DNA of 19,576 nucleotides from Escherichia coli (GTDB lineage Bacteria; Pseudomonadota; Gammaproteobacteria; Enterobacterales; Enterobacteriaceae): NCBI RefSeq assembly GCF_003334765.1, contig NZ_QOWT01000051.1; one strand, 5' to 3'. Shown piece by piece: positions 16,269 to 19,576 of this stretch (position 1 is its first letter; each line of letters starts with the position of its first letter). The notes under the pieces were generated by a model. It saw only the letters and a program-made list of their open reading frames with translations, ran no database searches and was not told where the DNA came from. The position numbers and the translations under genes were made by a program.

Positions 16269-17012
16269 TTTTTCATATCTGCGTCTGACGTTCTCCGGTG
16301 TATTCCTCCTTCTGTTCCTGCGTTCTCATTACCTGCCAGCAGGATGCTGACAGAACACATAAATGCGTATTGCCGGAGCCTGAAATAAATCCTGATTTTT
16401 AAAGAACATCACCCGTTGAGTTTCGGGAGCCGCGGTTTTGACGTTTCGCGGGAACCTGCTGCTGTATTCCCTGTGGTATGAACTTCACCCGTTTGAGAAC
16501 CTTCGCCGCAAGGGGCATCACTGCCACGGCCTGACGCACCTGTCCTGGGCAGAACGCAAAATTTTTTACCGGTTCTTGGGTAAAAAATTTTGTGGGCTGT
16601 TCATTTACCCTGGACAGTCAGTGCGGCAGGTTGTGGCTGTCTATGCCCCCGGCGACAGGGACTCATACGGGTGTGTGGCACCCGGCAGGCAATGAGCAGG
16701 GACCCGCTGCAACGACGTGAAGCGCGGTTTGCGAAACGGCGTTGCGCCTTACATCCCGGCGTCTTTTTGCCGGGATGCCAGGAGCGCAGGCCACGGCGCG
16801 ACAGAGGCGACGCGACCGGAACGATCGCTGCAAGCCAGGGTTTCGCGTCAGGGATGGAAGCCCGCCAGGGCGGAGACAGCTTCGCTGGCTCCGTTCACGA
16901 CAGCCCGCCCCGCCAGGGGGACGCCCGGGAAAGCCATAAACAGGAGAGGAACGGAAAGAAGAAGAGGAAGAAGAGGAAGAGTAAGCGCACCGTGAAGGAC
17001 GTGGAGTAAAAA

Positions 17013-18575
17013 TTAGTTTACAGATAGAGTGACGTTCCAGGGCAACAACTCTTTCACGCGGTTGGCAGGCCAGGTGTTGATGACACTGATCACGTGGCGT
17101 AGCCACGTTTCCGGCTCGATTCCGTTAAGTTTGCAGCTACCGATCAGGCTGTACATCACTGCCGCACTCTCGCCTCCTCCATCAGAGCCGAAGAACATGT
17201 AGTTACGCCGCCCCAGTGCAACTACCCGGAGGGCGTTTTCACACAGGTTATTGTCGATCTCCACCCAGCCATTGCGGCAGTATTCGTTCAGGGCGTCCCA
17301 TTGCTTCAGCAGATAGGTGAACGCTTTCGCCGTATCCGAGTGACGCGACAGCGTGCTCATCTGCCCCTGGAGCCACTCATACAACGACTGCATTAGCGGT
17401 ACCGTTCTGGCTTTTCTGACCGCCAGTCGCTCTTCTGCCGGACTGCCGCAGATCTCAGACTCGATAGCGTACAGTGCCCCGATACGACGGAGCGCTTCTC
17501 CCGTTACTGTCGTTGGATGGCGGACATGTACATCGTGGATCTTGCGTCGGGCATGTGCCATACAAGCCGCTTCGGTTACCTGACCGCTTTCGTAAAGAGC
17601 ATTGTAACCCGCATATGCATCGGCCTGCAGGATACCTCTGTAGTCCGCCAGATGTTGCTGCGGGTGGATACCTTTGCGGTCGGGAGAGTATGAGAACCAC
17701 ACCGCTGCCGGCATGGTCGAACCGGCGTTGCGATCGTCACGAACATAGACCCACAGCCGTCCTGTACGGGTTTTACCCTGACCCGGCTCCAGTACATTTA
17801 CCGGCGTGTCATCGGCATGCACTTTACCCGGCATCAGCACATAGTGCTTCAGTTCATCATACAGCGGGCGAAGCTGCTCTCCCATGATGTCAACCCAGCG
17901 CCCCATCGTATTGCGGTGCAGCTCCACGCCCTGGCGGGCATAGATTTCCGACTGACGGTACAGCGGCAGATGCTCGGCGAACTTCGCCATGATTATGCGG
18001 GCCAGCAGAGCCGGACTGGCGTAACTGCACTCGATGGGTTTTGGTGGCTGCGGAGCCTGAACTATACAGTCGCACCGGCTGCAGGCCAGTTTTGGACGAA
18101 CCGTTTCGATTACCCTGAACGCGGTGTTGATGATATCCAGTTGTTCAGAGATGCTTTCTCCCAGCGATTTCAGTTTGCCGCTGCAGACGGGGCATTCGGT
18201 TTCTGCCGGGGAGATAACCTGCCTGCCACGGGGAAGTGTTGCCGGAAGTGCTTTGCGGACGGGAGAGGCTGATGTTTTCGGCGCTGTCTATCCGGCCATT
18301 GAAGTGAGTTGCAACTACGCCTCACCAAGCCTGTTCTGGAGCTCGGTTATACGCGTTTCTGCCCGCGCGATCTTCTTTTCTATCTTCTCGCGACTTTTCT
18401 CGCTGCTGCGACCGAACAACATTCTCTGCAGTTTAGCGACCAGCGCTCTGAGTGAGCTGATCTCGCGGGCATAGCCGGTTATTTCACCAGACAGACGGAC
18501 GATAACAGCCTGCTGTGCGATCAGCAGGGCCTTCAGTTGCTCGATGTCGTCGGGGAGTGTGTTGTTCATTCCCAT
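17013..18575 (-). pseudogene. tnpC: IS66-family transposase TnpC with two in-frame amber codons
   Basis: The N-terminal leucine-zipper part (MGMNNTLPDDIEQLKALL..., track ORF 18315..18575) and the zinc-finger/catalytic part ([13 protein letters not shown]...[16 protein letters not shown]..., ORF 17013..17990) are in the same frame, separated by TAG codons at about 18315-18317 and 18288-18290. If those were CAG the product would be one full-length TnpC of about 520 aa. Confidence 0.8.
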
Positions 18576-18588
18576 GTTTTATCACGGG

Positions 18589-18936
18589 TTATATCCGGAT
18601 GCCAGGCAGTTCTGTCCGTTTGGGATGTTGCCACGCGATCCCCTCCAGTAGCATGGATAATAGAGCTGGCGTCAGGTGCACTTTCCCTTCCCGGGTTACC
18701 GGCCAGACGAAGCGGCCCCGTTCCAGGCGTTTGGCGAACAGGCATAACCCGTCACGATCGGCCCACAGTATTTTCACCATTTTGCCATTGCGGCCCCGGA
18801 AGACAAAGATATGCCCGGAGAACGGGTCATCTTTCAGCGTGTTCTGCACCTTCGAAGCCAGGCCGTTGAAGCCACAACGCATATCTGTGATGCCAGCGAT
18901 GATCCAGATTCTGGTACCGGTCGGCAGCGTTATCAT
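18589..18936 (-). CDS. tnpB: IS66-family TnpB (Orf2)
   Basis: 115-aa ORF MITLPTGTRIWIIAGITDMRCGFNGLASKVQNTLKDDPFSGHIFVFRGRNGKMVKILWADRDGLCLF..., the classic IS66 Orf2 signature. Confidence 0.9.
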   Translation of the reverse strand: MITLPTGTRIWIIAGITDMRCGFNGLASKVQNTLKDDPFSGHIFVFRGRNGKMVKILWADRDGLCLFAKRLERGRFVWPVTREGKVHLTPALLSMLLEGIAWQHPKRTELPGIRI

Positions 18937-19339
18937 CGGATCCCCCCTTTCATTTCGCGAATGAGCACCCTAAGAAGTTCCGGAGTGAGGGGGGCAAACA
19001 GTTTTACCACACCTGATTTAAGATGCAGCTCACACTGTGGTGAGTCTACGGTAGTGTCATTCTGGCTTTCATCAGACTTGTTTCGCCAGAAAGGATTTGT
19101 CACCGGTTTGACGGGGTCAGGAGTCTCAGTGATTGCCACCGGAACGGCCTGGCATTCCTGGAGATCCTCATCATTCAGTAAGCCCTCTTCATACAGTCTT
19201 TTCCAGTTAAACAACAGATTGTCATTAATATTGTGCTCTCTGGCGATCCGTGCAACGACTGCACCAGGCTGTAATGCCTGTTTTACCAGCCTGATTTTAA
19301 ATTCACGACTGTAGGAGGTTCGTCGTTCTTTTCGCCATG
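18933..19339 (-). CDS. tnpA: IS66-family TnpA (Orf1), 5' end uncertain and possibly frameshifted
   Basis: Frame of track ORF 18933..19214 extends upstream through RKERRTSYSREFKIRLVKQALQPGAVVARIAREHNINDNLLFNWKRLYEEG (HTH typical of IS66 Orf1) without a canonical start. An ATG at about 19337-19339 gives MAK in the +1 frame, and removing one A from the adjacent A4 run would yield MAKERRTSYSREFK. Confidence 0.5.
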
Positions 19340-19576
19340 TGCTTTCGCTGATTTGAGGATCATCAGGTAATTCCTTCTTTCTATTGGCATAAAGTATGGC
19401 ATCGAGTTGGGCGACTGAAAGTGATTCAGGTAATGGCCAGGTAATACCGGAGGCATTAAATCGTTGAAAGAGATTATGAATGGTGGAATGACTGAGACCT
19501 AAGGAAGGTGCGAATAAGCGGGGAAATACTTCTCGGCTGACTCAGTCATTTCATTTCTTCATGTTTGAGCCGATTT

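Larger units (their letters stand above)
16981..19576 (-). mobile_element. IS66-family insertion sequence (tnpA-tnpB-tnpC), right end not resolved and probably beyond the window
   Basis: Terminus begins GTAAGCGCACCGTGAAGGACGTGGAG at 16981, the GTAAGCG start typical of IS66-family IRs, 32 bp before the tnpC stop. Three co-oriented minus-strand genes with the canonical tnpA/tnpB ATGA overlap. No matching inverted copy of the terminus was found before 19576. Confidence 0.85.

Noticed and set aside
16590-17106. Overlapping ORFs 16590..17009 (+), 16717..16995 (+), 16742..16939 (+) and 16663..17106 (-)
   Set aside because: Arginine/proline/lysine-rich translations of GC-rich and purine-repeat DNA; the minus-strand ORF runs across the IS66 terminus at 16981, so it cannot be a native gene.
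17817-18272. 151-aa plus-strand ORF inside the IS66 element
   Set aside because: Antisense to tnpC, which is well supported; no motif.
19505-19525. TAAGCGGGG motif considered as the IS66 right terminus
   Set aside because: Orientation is that of an inward-reading left end rather than the expected CGCTTAC at a right boundary, and the tnpA frame continues through it; the true end is more likely beyond 19576.
1-19576. CRISPR arrays, tRNA or rRNA genes, integrase-associated att sites
   Set aside because: No regularly spaced direct repeats, no tRNA-like cloverleaf candidates and no integrase gene were seen; the mobile-DNA signal is instead a Tn3-family IR and an IS66-family element.

Overview
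Composite window with three parts. (1) 1-6019 looks like enterobacterial chromosome: a MocR/GntR-type PLP-domain regulator divergent from a short-Q-loop cytochrome bd quinol oxidase operon (subunit I, subunit II, small DUF2474-like membrane protein), then a convergent U32-family peptidase gene that is frameshifted and 5'-truncated. (2) At 6020-6057 a 38-bp Tn3-family (Tn21-subgroup-like) terminal inverted repeat forms an abrupt junction. (3) From there to 16980 is IncFII/F-like plasmid backbone, all on the minus strand: DnaQ-like exonuclease, ParD/ParE-like TA pair, two Ter sites, oriR, repA1/tap/copA/copB, a hok/srnB-type type I toxin with antisense promoter, finO, a traX 3' remnant fused to an internal traI fragment fused to a ParB-like 5' fragment (transfer region and oriT deleted), then leading-region genes (small unknown ORF, ssb 3' remnant, small SAM methyltransferase, 453-aa unknown protein). 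An IS66-family element occupies 16981 to the window end, with tnpC carrying two in-frame amber codons. No CRISPR array, tRNA or rRNA was seen. Most of the window is recognisable backbone; the genuinely uncharacterised content is the leading-region ORFs and the junction architecture. Protein identities are from recalled family motifs and sequences, not database searches. Hand-located coordinates may be off by 1-2 bp, and several gene lesions could be sequencing errors.
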